The notes under the pieces are model-generated. The model worked only from the letters and a program-made list of their open reading frames with translations, had not been told where the DNA came from and made no database searches. A stretch of 64,000 nt of DNA from an uncultured bacterium (lineage in GTDB: Bacteria > Babelota > Babeliae > Babelales > Vermiphilaceae), in NCBI GenBank assembly GCA_963727255.1, contig CAVSFC010000002.1, positions 320,001 through 384,000 on the forward strand. The letters run 5' to 3'. Numbering within the stretch: the first letter of the stretch is position 1; every line of letters starts with the position of its first letter. Position numbers and translations under genes: made by a program. Shown piece by piece: positions 31,809-41,511 of this stretch.

Positions 31809-33181
31809 ACATTCTTAAACAGTAATTTGGCTTTTGAGCTTTCTTTTGCATGATCAACAATTGGGCGAGGATAGTTTTTTATTGATCCATTTTTCGAATT
31901 GTTCCACGTGTGAATAGTTTTGGCATCGACATTTTTCAATTCAGGAATCCATTGTTTAATATATTTGCATTCTTTATCAAATTTGATTTGCTGAAGCCAC
32001 GGGTTAAAAATCCTAAAATAGGGCTGCGCATCACAACCAGTTGAGGCGCTCCATTGCCAATTGCCATTATTAACGCAAGGATCATAATCAACTAATTGTT
32101 GTGCAAAGTATCGCTCTCCCCACAGCCAATCAATATGCAAATCTTTCACTAAAAATGATGCAACAATCATGCGGACTCGATTATGCATCCAACCAGTTTC
32201 ATTTAACTGGCGCATGCCCGCATCAACAATCGGAAAGCCGGTAGTGCCGGTGCACCATGCTTCAAATTCTGTTTTATTATTTTTCCAGGGCAATTTGTTG
32301 TATTTTTCATGGAATGCATGCCCGAATACTGATGGAAAATGGTAGGCAACATGAGTAAAAAAATCGCGCCAATATAATTGCCTCAATAGGGGATGATTAG
32401 GGCCCAATTTTTCTGCCATTTGCCAGTATACAGAGCGAATTGAAACGGTTCCAAATTTTAGATGTGCAGATAAAAATGATGTTGGCAATTCGGGAAAATC
32501 CCGAGTTTTGGCATAATCTTTAAGGGAATTTATTTTTTTGAGGATTGCCAATGCTTCAGAGCGGCCTCCCTTTATCCATATATTTTTATTCAACGTTGTT
32601 AGTATTTTTTTAAAAATCTCGGTGCCATGACTATCGGGTATAGATTTGCGATAGAAATTATCATGAACCGTGGCTTCAAGCTTTTCTACCGCCAAAGATA
32701 ATGCGCGCTTATAAAATGCAGTAAAGATTGAATAGGGGGTGCCCTTTCCGCTCAAAACCTCTTCTGGCTCATGCAGTAATAAATCATTGTTTGAAGAAAA
32801 TACCGCACCATTTTGAATGCATAGTTTCTCGAGCGTTTCATCCCGCTTGCGGCTGAAAGGGGTATAGTCTCGGTTAACAAATGCCGCATCAATATTTTGC
32901 GTAGAAATTAATTTTTTGATTATTTGATGCGTATCGCCATAAAAGATATATAACTGGCTTCCCTTTTGTTTGAGCTGTTCATCGAGTTCATGCAGGCTCT
33001 GCAGCATGAATTGAATGGAATTCATGCTGCGATAGGGATTTTTGCTGCCTATTTGGATTGGATCAAAAATAAAGCACGGCACAACTTCTTTACTTTCATG
33101 CAAAGCACGTAAGAGCCCGCGATTATCATAAATTCTGAGATCGCGGCGAAAAATAAATAACGATTTTTGGTGTTGCTTCAT
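31805..33181 (-). CDS. phr: Class I/III CPD DNA photolyase
   Basis: FRRDLRIYDN, TSFLSAHLKFG, RQLYWRDF, TGFPIVDAGMRQL, GWMHNRVRM, LVDYD, NNGNWQW, RIFNP. Confidence 0.95.
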   Translation of the reverse strand: MKQHQKSLFIFRRDLRIYDNRGLLRALHESKEVVPCFIFDPIQIGSKNPYRSMNSIQFMLQSLHELDEQLKQKGSQLYIFYGDTHQIIKKLISTQNIDAAFVNRDYTPFSRKRDETLEKLCIQNGAVFSSNNDLLLHEPEEVLSGKGTPYSIFTAFYKRALSLAVEKLEATVHDNFYRKSIPDSHGTEIFKKILTTLNKNIWIKGGRSEALAILKKINSLKDYAKTRDFPELPTSFLSAHLKFGTVSIRSVYWQMAEKLGPNHPLLRQLYWRDFFTHVAYHFPSVFGHAFHEKYNKLPWKNNKTEFEAWCTGTTGFPIVDAGMRQLNETGWMHNRVRMIVASFLVKDLHIDWLWGERYFAQQLVDYDPCVNNGNWQWSASTGCDAQPYFRIFNPWLQQIKFDKECKYIKQWIPELKNVDAKTIHTWNNSKNGSIKNYPRPIVDHAKESSKAKLLFKNV

Positions 33182-33188
33182 GATAAGA

Positions 33189-33563
33189 TCAGTTTTTGGC
33201 AGGAGTTTTGGATTCCAAATGGTCTATTAATTCTGGCATCTCATCGCTATCATAGAAAAAAGCATCGGGATTTGCTTTTATATTGCTCACTAAATTATAA
33301 TGATTAACTGAAGCAGATTGTGATGGTTTAGGATTTGTTCTAAAACGTGATAATTTTCGCGCTGAAAGTGATTCGGTATTTTCATCAAATTCATGCCAGT
33401 CATCATGATCGTCATGATCTTTATATGTTTTAAGAGCTTGCGGTTTTTGTGTATCGGCTTCGATTGATTTTTTTTCTTCATCAAATTTTTTTTGGGTATC
33501 TTGATTCATCGTATGGCATGTGGCTGCAGATATCACCATTAAGATTGCTAATAAATTTCTCAT
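33189..33563 (-). CDS. Small secreted acidic hypothetical protein
   Basis: MRNLLAILMVISAATCHT-MN; low-complexity acidic body. Confidence 0.65.
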   Translation of the reverse strand: MRNLLAILMVISAATCHTMNQDTQKKFDEEKKSIEADTQKPQALKTYKDHDDHDDWHEFDENTESLSARKLSRFRTNPKPSQSASVNHYNLVSNIKANPDAFFYDSDEMPELIDHLESKTPAKN

Positions 33564-33668
33564 TGAGTTCCTTTTTCCTCTTTTACAATTAAATACTTTG
33601 TGCGTGTATTGAGCATAAGGCAGTTATCAAACATCCGCGACTATTATTTTTTTAAACATTTATTCTCG

Positions 33669-34541
33669 TTATATATTCAGCTGGGGTTGCGTTACAAATT
33701 GTTTTGGAAGATATTCAGCTGGTTTTTCAAACATTCCGGCTAGCTCCATCGCACGGGCCAAGCGAGTGAGACCAATTCCAGCGCCAAAACGTTTAAACAT
33801 ATCAAATGATAAATATTCATCAAGCTCTTTAAGCACGCGCTCTCTGCCAAATCTATTAAAAAGCAGTTGCGAATATTTGCCTTGAGTCATGGCAAAAAAG
33901 CCTTCCCGCATCTTTTCCTTATCGGTTTCGCGCTCTGCGCCCCCAATCGTTTCCATGCCATGCAATAAGACATCTATTTTATTATAAACTCCGTTGCCAC
34001 TATATTTCATGTTCCAAAAAGGATGAGTGCGTGAAGGGAATTTTTCAAGACTTATAACGGTGCTAATTTCATTAGCCAGCACTGTTTCATGATGGGCTTC
34101 GATCGTTTCAGTCTCATATTTTTTGCAGGCATCTTCATATAAAATTGGAATTGGTTGCTCAAAACCTAAAAATAAAAGCAGCTCTTCTTCAAGTTGCTTG
34201 AGTTCATTAAACCCTCCGTGCGATTCGAACTCAAACATCGGAAAAATGCGAAGATGGCGGCCTTCTATCGGATTTGGTTCATCCCGATAACTGGTTGTAA
34301 CACAAAAAACCCCTTTCCAGTCAGGATTGAGGAGAATTTCATGCTCGAGCCACATCTGCCCAGTTTGCGGAAGGGGATATGGAGTATTATTTAAAGTGAA
34401 TTCGGTAATGGTTCTCGGATCTTCACAGGCAGCCAAAATTGAAAGGCGAGATTGCGCAGGAACTTCTATGAACCCTTTTTTTTCTTGGAAAAAATAGCGC
34501 AACGCACGGACCATAGAGTTATAATGAAGCGTGTTCTTCAT
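33669..34541 (-). CDS. Stand-alone class IIb aaRS catalytic-domain paralog (AsnRS-like, probable asparagine synthetase)
   Basis: 290 aa, no OB anticodon domain; GFIEVP, LPQTGQMWLE, SYRDE...RH...FPMFEFE, ETIGGAERE, GAGIGLTRL. Confidence 0.8.
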   Translation of the reverse strand: MKNTLHYNSMVRALRYFFQEKKGFIEVPAQSRLSILAACEDPRTITEFTLNNTPYPLPQTGQMWLEHEILLNPDWKGVFCVTTSYRDEPNPIEGRHLRIFPMFEFESHGGFNELKQLEEELLLFLGFEQPIPILYEDACKKYETETIEAHHETVLANEISTVISLEKFPSRTHPFWNMKYSGNGVYNKIDVLLHGMETIGGAERETDKEKMREGFFAMTQGKYSQLLFNRFGRERVLKELDEYLSFDMFKRFGAGIGLTRLARAMELAGMFEKPAEYLPKQFVTQPQLNI

Positions 34542-34688
34542 TTTCTTTCCCCTTTTTTTGAGAATTCGTTAAAAGACCACAAATTCCTCAAAATCTATCG
34601 GAAAAACGTTAACCTTGTCAAAGGGATATAAAAGATTGTAAATTTTTCAGCTATTGATGCATAATTTTTTTAAAAAAAGGAGAAGAGT

Positions 34689-35150
34689 TTGAAAATTATA
34701 AGTAACCGCGTGAATTATGGAGTTCTTATTTTTATAAATGGGCTTTATGGAATGCAATCGCCTGAAACCAGCATTATCCATCAGCAGAAAAATGCTATTA
34801 AAACGCTTGCATCTTCTGCGCAAAAAATTACAGAAAAGGATATCCGTGATGCCAGCAAATGTTTAGATGATTCACTGTTTGAAGAAACAATCGATGTAAA
34901 ATTTCTAGAAACTTTAAATGCGGCGCTTTTTAGGCTTGCACAAACTGCTATTGCTATGGATGAAGAAAAAATTAAAATTGCAAAAATTTTGACAGAAATG
35001 GGAGCAAGCCCTTTGGCGCAATTTTCTATTGAGGAAACTTTATCAATAGAAAAAGGATCTCAATATGCTCAAACATCACATAGTTTTCAATCGGATGCAA
35101 AAAGAGAAGCCAAAGGGAAGCTCAAAGAATATTTAGATTCGCTCAAATGA
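34689..35150 (+). CDS. Putative secreted hypothetical protein (one ankyrin-like unit)
   Basis: TTG start after AAGGAG; LYG-MQ; IAKILTEMGASP. Confidence 0.6.
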   Translation: MKIISNRVNYGVLIFINGLYGMQSPETSIIHQQKNAIKTLASSAQKITEKDIRDASKCLDDSLFEETIDVKFLETLNAALFRLAQTAIAMDEEKIKIAKILTEMGASPLAQFSIEETLSIEKGSQYAQTSHSFQSDAKREAKGKLKEYLDSLK

Positions 35151-35180
35151 AAAAAGGCTGAAGGAAATACTTCAGCCTTT
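35151..35180. terminator. Bidirectional intrinsic terminator
   Basis: AAAGGCTGAAG-loop-CTTCAGCCTTT between convergent genes. Confidence 0.8.
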
Positions 35181-35195
35181 GAGATTCTAAATCAA

Positions 35196-36904
35196 TTAGT
35201 AGCGTCTACGGCCACGGTCGCCACCACGGCGTCCTCCACGATCACGATCACCTCTTCTTCCGCCACGGCGGTCACGAGGATTTGAGCCCCAATCATCATC
35301 TGAAACGGGTGCTACGGTGATGCGAGTTTTTTTGCCGTTGATACTTTTGCCCTTAAGTTTTTGCATTAAAGCTTCTGCCATTTCAGCAGGAAGTTTAATA
35401 AAGGTACGGCGTTTGATTACTTTGAGTTTTTCAAGGCTATCGCTATCAATGCCGCCTTCTTGAGCAAGGAAATCTGCAACATCTTCACGAGAGATACCAT
35501 CATCGGTTCCCAAGTGAATCATGAGTTCTTGCAAGCCATCATCAGCAACGTGGCCATCTTCAAATGATTGGTTGCTGATGTTGGTAAAGTGAAAATCATC
35601 TTTTCTGGTTGCCGGGAAGAATTTTTCTGCCACTGTTGCAATTACAATATTAGTTAATTCTACTGGCTCAAAGCAGCGGACTGCTGCTTCAATCTCGGGC
35701 GCAACGGTGCTATTTTTTTGTGCGAGCGTTTCAAGATAATCGCACGCTCTTTTGCAGATATACTTTTTGAATATCTTGAGCAGTTGGCACATCGATTGGG
35801 TTAATAATCAATTTAAATTTGCGTTCAAGCATTTTAACATGGCGCAATTCATTTTTGCCACCAATGAAAGTGATTGCGATACCTTCTTTTCCTGCGCGGC
35901 CGGTTCTACCAATACGGTGAACATAGCCTTCATGATCATTCGGAAGTGAATAGTTGATTACATGGGTAAGATCGGAAACGTCAATTCCGCGGGCAGCCAC
36001 ATCAGTTGCTACCAAGATGTTAAATTCTTTATTTTTGAATTTTTTAATTACCGCATTTCGCAATCCTTGGCTCATATCACCATGGAGTGCATTTGCGGGA
36101 TAACCGGCTGCTGCTAATTTTTCTGCTAATTCAGCGGTTAAAATTTTGGTTTGGCAGAAGATAAAGCCATAAAAGCTTGGATTGCTATCAATAAAGCGGC
36201 ATAATGCTGCAAAGCGATTTCTATGAGGAACCATAGAAAAATATTGCTTGGTATTTGAAGCGCCAACTTGTTGTTTGCTTGCGCTCACGCTTACGGTGTT
36301 TTGCATATGTTCATGCATAATCTGATTAATGCCGGGTTTAACCGTTGCAGAGAAAAGCCAAATTTGGCGTTCATCCGGAGCTGCTGCTAAAATCTCATCC
36401 ATTTCTTCTTTAAAGCCCATATCAAGCATGATATCTGCTTCATCAAGCACGAGTGTTTTTAAATGAGCAAGAGAGAGCGTTTTGCGATTTAAGTGATCAT
36501 TAATACGGCCGGGAGTTCCGACTACAATATGAAGGCCCCTTTTGAGGGAGTTAATTTGATCACGCATTGAAGCGCCACCATAAATGGCATCAACAGCTGA
36601 TGCCCATAGGCTGGGCAATCGGACGTAAACTTTGCATAATTTGGACCACCAATTCTCGGGTTGGAGCCACAATAAGAGCCTGAAGGCGTCTTATCTGCGG
36701 GTTAATACCATGAATTAAAGGGATACCAAAAGCAAGGGTTTTACCCGTACCGGTTTGGGCTTGTCCCCAGAAATCGACTCTTTTGGAGCCTAAAAGCATA
36801 GGGATAGCTTTACCTTGAATATCGGTAGGCTGGGTGAAGCCAAGACCATCAAGGGTAGTTAAAATTTGGGGATGTAAAGGGAGTTCCTTAAAGGAAGTAA
36901 TCAT
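35196..36904 (-). CDS. deaD: DEAD-box RNA helicase (DeaD/CsdA-like, two frameshifts)
   Basis: Q motif PTDIQ, AQTGTGKT, PTREL, TPGR, DEAD, SAT, ARGID, HRIGRTGRAG; DbpA-like domain and RG-rich tail. Confidence 0.93.
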
Positions 36905-37250
36905 AAATTACTCTTATATTATTAGGGTTTATGGCCATTAAAGCCGCTTGTGATAGCGATTATCGACGATACTTATGCTGTTAAGCGCTAGGGCACCGCT
37001 ATCACTGCCCTAATAGTATTATTACCACCCTAATACAGATAGAAAACTTTGTCAAGGCCAAAATGAGCTAGAATTAAGGCTTTTTGGGCTTTTTTTGAGT
37101 AAAATCAAGTAAGTTTTATGATTGTTGCAATTTGACAAATGTAAAACTAGGTTTTGGCGACTCCTGAGCGGTTTCGTCCTTATTAGACAAATGGCATATT
37201 GCTCAGTAAAATTGCATGATTAATTAAATCTTAACCAACAGGATAATTTC

Positions 37251-39100
37251 ATGAAGAATCAAAATATAAAAACTCTTATTTTAGGCAGTGCGTTATTTGG
37301 ATCAATCAGTTATGCCATGGAGCTATCTGAAACCAATAACTGGACTATTAACTCTTTTAGTGAATTTGCAAATCGCATAAATGGCGTGAAAACATATCCG
37401 GAGCATTATTATGATTTTACTCATGATGAACAAGGTAAGCTCATTGATGATAAAGATAAATTTAAGGAGAAAACAAAAGATTTAGATAGCGCATTAGATC
37501 AACAATTTGGGATATTTCAAAAAAAATGCATAGAGCTCTTCTCTTGCAACAACAAGAAAGTGAAAAGCCGATAGTTTCTTTGCAAGAATTGCTCAAAGCA
37601 GTCGATGAAACTGCGGAAGTAGTTGGCGAGCGAGTAAGCAGTTCGCAATGGATAGATGCTGCTCTAGAAAAAGGTTTTTTTACCCAGCCGGTACCCAAGA
37701 TTCGGTTTTCGCCAATACATTATAAATATTATGTGCCATTCGAAAAAACGCTTATTCTTGGTGATGATGAAACACCTGTTTTTTTTGGCGATCTGCATGG
37801 AGGAGCCAAATCTTTAGTTGAGAGTATAAAAAAATATATTAATCCTGACTCATTCAAATTAAAAGATGAAAAAACTCACTTAGTCTTTCTGGGTGATTTA
37901 GTAGATTGCGGAACAAGAGGAACGGAAGTTCTTTATCTCTTGAATCGTTTATTAAAAGAAAATGAAAATGTGCATGTTATACGCGGTAATCATGAAGATA
38001 TTCAGCTCAACAACGAGCAAGGTTTTAGGGATGAATTAAAAATAAAATATCCAGGGATAGTAACCGAGGAAGTTGCAAATAAAATTGCACGATTTTATGA
38101 TTTTCTTCCAAGTGCATTGTGGGTCGGGCAACGGCGATTTAGCCCAACGGCGCGCAGAATAATGCCACTATTGAAGCATTTTGTTGATTGGCGATTGGCT
38201 TGCCACGGTGGAATTGAATTAGGCGATGCAAATGTTGCTCAATTATTAGCAGCTACAAATAAAATCGCCTTTAAACATATTGGTCAATTAGCAGAGGATT
38301 CAGCTTTTGCACATACTGTGATAATTGACCGAAAAAGTAATTTTGAAAAATTGCCAAAAAAACTCCAAAAAACAATTCAAGATGCTTTTAAGGGTAATGA
38401 TATTCTTCAACGACAATTACGCAAATTTATTCCGATCAGCCCTCAAAGTGGGTATGTGGAGCATAATGAAAAAGTTGGAGTTGGAGATAAAGAAATGGAA
38501 GTGCTTAGCCGAAATCCAAGATATTACGAAGATGGCAGCATGAGCAATGGGTACAATTGGAATCTTTTTAATGAAGATGAAGGCCATTATGCAACTCCTC
38601 TCTCTATTGTAGAACCCATGGCATATGCTTGGAAATATAATCAACTTTTTACAGCCTCTGTTTTTTCATTATTTGGTACTTGGCGCCATAGAATAGTGGG
38701 CATATTCCGCGGACATCAACATGTTAATAACACCAAAGAGTATAATCAATGGCCATTAATGGAGCAGATAATAAATAATAATGGTGTGTTTACTATGGGG
38801 CAAAAAACAAATGAGCAAAATGCGGCCATAAAGCGCAATGCAATTACCACATTAGGTGTAGCTCCTGATACAGAATATGGAATTCCAGATAGACCGCATC
38901 CTAACTCGCCTAAACGCTACCCTGGGGTGTATTCATATACCGCTTTTAAATTAAAACCAGTTCATGGGTATCTATTCTCAACGTTAAAAGCAGAAAAAGT
39001 GAAAATTGATATTTTGCCTCAGTATTTAATAGATGAGCAAATGGAAATTATGAATGATAACAAGCAAGTTGATCTGCTTAGTATGATTTCAAAGATGTGA
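37251..39100 (+). CDS. Secreted PPP-family metallophosphoesterase (frameshift near 37520)
   Basis: Signal peptide SYA-ME; GDLHG, GDLVDCG, RGNHE, CHGG, RGHQ. Confidence 0.85.
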
Positions 39101-39180
39101 ACGAATGATTTTAATGGATCGATTATAAATTTCAGAGCTTTGAAGAATTCTGACCGGACTTAAAACCCGGGCAAGTTTTT

Positions 39181-39444
39181 TCATTTATCTTTTCTTGGGC
39201 TTTGCGGGTCTTTCTCAAAAATGTCATCAATTTTTGAGCTGTTATCAGAGGCTTGCTTTTTTGCGGCCGAGATTTGTTCTGTATATAATTTTGCAATTTC
39301 ATCTTGAGTCATATGCTTTATACCGGGAAATGAATGGATCAATGAATCTTCCGGGACCGGCGGTTTAGCAGGAGGAAGTGAGGCTTTGCTCACGTTAGTT
39401 GCAAGCAGTACGAATAGAGCCAAAATTTGATACTGAGTTTTCAT
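39181..39444 (-). CDS. Small secreted hypothetical protein
   Basis: Signal peptide MKTQYQILALFVLLATNVSKA; AAGGA RBS. Confidence 0.6.
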   Translation of the reverse strand: MKTQYQILALFVLLATNVSKASLPPAKPPVPEDSLIHSFPGIKHMTQDEIAKLYTEQISAAKKQASDNSSKIDDIFEKDPQSPRKDK

Positions 39445-39581
39445 AGAATATCCTTTTTAGTGTAAAAATAGCGTATTTTATGCCCATTTTCAATTGGCTC
39501 ATGCTGCAGATAAAATATCTCAATGAATTTTTTTGGGTATAATAAAATAGAAAAAATAATCTTAACTTCCAAGAGATCACT

Positions 39582-40991
39582 GTGAAATTGCATATATTTA
39601 CTCTTATTTTACTTTTCTTTGTATCCACAAATTCCACGGCGATGGAGATTATCGATGCTGAAGGGGTTGAGTTCACTTTAAACGCAAAATATGTAACCGC
39701 TTTGCTCAGATGCAAATTGGTATCAGGAATGTATGATGATCCATTGTTTAAACGTGGCGCAGAAGAAGAACCAAGGAAAGTTTTGCCCATGTCTGGGGAT
39801 AAACCATTTGCAACTGCTCAGCAAATCTGTTTGCTGGCAAAGTATATCTATGATATAAAAAGTACTCAAACGAAAGAAAAGGAGCATGATTTTTGCACAT
39901 TGTTGGATCTTGCCAATTATATAGAGGCTCCTGAGCATATTCTTTACGCATTTTCAAATAAAGCATGGCCATTATTGCAGGAGGAAAGAAGTGATATAGA
40001 TGGCATAAAGAGCTATAAAAAGCATTTAAGAAGTATTGCTCAGAATTATTTGGCTAGTCCAAAATATTTGGCCCGATTTATAGAGCAAAGAAAGTCTACA
40101 ATAGAAGTCGGACTAAAAGAAATTTGTGATACAACCAAAGTAAATCTTTCTTATGAACATGTATTGCGTTTTTTTGCTGAAATCAAAAAAGCAAATATCG
40201 AGCCTTGGTATGAGGAGGGTGACGGAATTTTTTATGATGTTAGCTATCGGTTTGTATCGCTCAATGGATTAAAAGAGCTGAGAGATGCACTCCCAACTGC
40301 TAAAAGCGACTGGCCCTATGACAAAATTTTATCACTGTATCTTAATAGTCATGCCATTAATGATCGCAAACTTTTGCATGCAATTTTTGAGGTATTTCCC
40401 CAGATTAACTATATTTTCCTAGAAAATAATCAAATTGCTGAATTTGATTTTCCTCGCTTCACGCAAGAGCGGTTGCAAAATTTTGATGGCGATCCTACGG
40501 TATCGCTTATTCGAATGAGCAACAATAAAATCACCCATTTGAATGAGAGCTTTTTTGAAGGTATTAGGCAAATGCGAAGTTATAGAAGATATATGCATTT
40601 TAATTTAGAAGGTAATCCGATTTCACCAGACCAAAAGACTCTTATGCATAAAAAAATGTATTATGCCACCCATACATTCCCAGAACGATACGTTTCATTA
40701 AAGAATATCAAATTTTTGATCAATCCCACACTTAAAGAATGGGGCTCAGTAGTGCTTGCAGGAGTGCCGGTAGGCATGTGGCTATTCTCTGCGTTGCGAC
40801 AGAAACATTGGCCGCTATGTGCAGTGTTAGAAGTTGGAGGATTGGTTGGGGCGGCAATGGGCGGAGCAACTCCGGGTTTTGCCTGTTTGAGTGCGCTTTT
40901 ATTAGCAAAGATGACTCATCCAGAATTACATATATCGCCTCATTTTCACGATACCATCTGGGCAAAATGGAAACCGAAGTTGAGTTTATGA
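39582..40991 (+). CDS. Secreted protein with Skp1/BTB-like N-terminus, leucine-rich repeats and C-terminal TM segments
   Basis: STA-MEIIDAEGVEFTL...CKLVSGM...LLDLANYIEA; LRR units LSLYLNSHAI, IFLENNQI, IRMSNNKI, FNLEGNPI. Confidence 0.7.
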   Translation: MKLHIFTLILLFFVSTNSTAMEIIDAEGVEFTLNAKYVTALLRCKLVSGMYDDPLFKRGAEEEPRKVLPMSGDKPFATAQQICLLAKYIYDIKSTQTKEKEHDFCTLLDLANYIEAPEHILYAFSNKAWPLLQEERSDIDGIKSYKKHLRSIAQNYLASPKYLARFIEQRKSTIEVGLKEICDTTKVNLSYEHVLRFFAEIKKANIEPWYEEGDGIFYDVSYRFVSLNGLKELRDALPTAKSDWPYDKILSLYLNSHAINDRKLLHAIFEVFPQINYIFLENNQIAEFDFPRFTQERLQNFDGDPTVSLIRMSNNKITHLNESFFEGIRQMRSYRRYMHFNLEGNPISPDQKTLMHKKMYYATHTFPERYVSLKNIKFLINPTLKEWGSVVLAGVPVGMWLFSALRQKHWPLCAVLEVGGLVGAAMGGATPGFACLSALLLAKMTHPELHISPHFHDTIWAKWKPKLSL

Positions 40992-40998
40992 TGAAGAA

Positions 40999-41496
40999 TT
41001 ATTCAATATCTTTTGGAATCAAGGATTCTATTTCTTGGAGCGTTGACATAATACCTGTAAGCAACCCATAATTATAGACCGCATTTGATGATTGTTCTTG
41101 TATTTTTAGAATAGAACGGTCTTTGATTGCGATGTTAAGCTTTACCATTTGTTTGCCACAGGTTTTTATTTGCTCATTATAGAAAACAAGTGCCTCATTA
41201 ATCATTGCGTGAAAGATGAAGGAACGATTTTTAAAGTTTAAAAGGAGTCCATGCATGTTTTTAAATTGAGCATTATTCTTCGATAATTTACTAAGCCAAT
41301 AATCTGTTGCTTTACAATTCTTGAGAACATCTACTAGAGATTCTTTCGAATGCATTGAGATATGCAAGGCCGATAAATCTCCATAAGTATTCGAAATTAT
41401 TTGATGAATATCCTCTACTGTTTGTTCATCAAGAGTTTGCATTGCAAAAATATTAACGGTCATGAGCGATGAAAGAAGTAAGATTTTGAAATACAT
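40999..41496 (-). CDS. Secreted hypothetical protein
   Basis: MYFKILLLSSLMTVNIFA-MQ; directly downstream of gatB. Confidence 0.65.
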   Translation of the reverse strand: MYFKILLLSSLMTVNIFAMQTLDEQTVEDIHQIISNTYGDLSALHISMHSKESLVDVLKNCKATDYWLSKLSKNNAQFKNMHGLLLNFKNRSFIFHAMINEALVFYNEQIKTCGKQMVKLNIAIKDRSILKIQEQSSNAVYNYGLLTGIMSTLQEIESLIPKDIE

Positions 41497-41511
41497 GAAA
41501 ATCCTTTTGCT

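Noticed and set aside
35196..35290. GC-rich RGGRRGDR low-complexity repeat
   Set aside because: Normal Arg/Gly-rich C-terminal tail of DeaD-type helicases.
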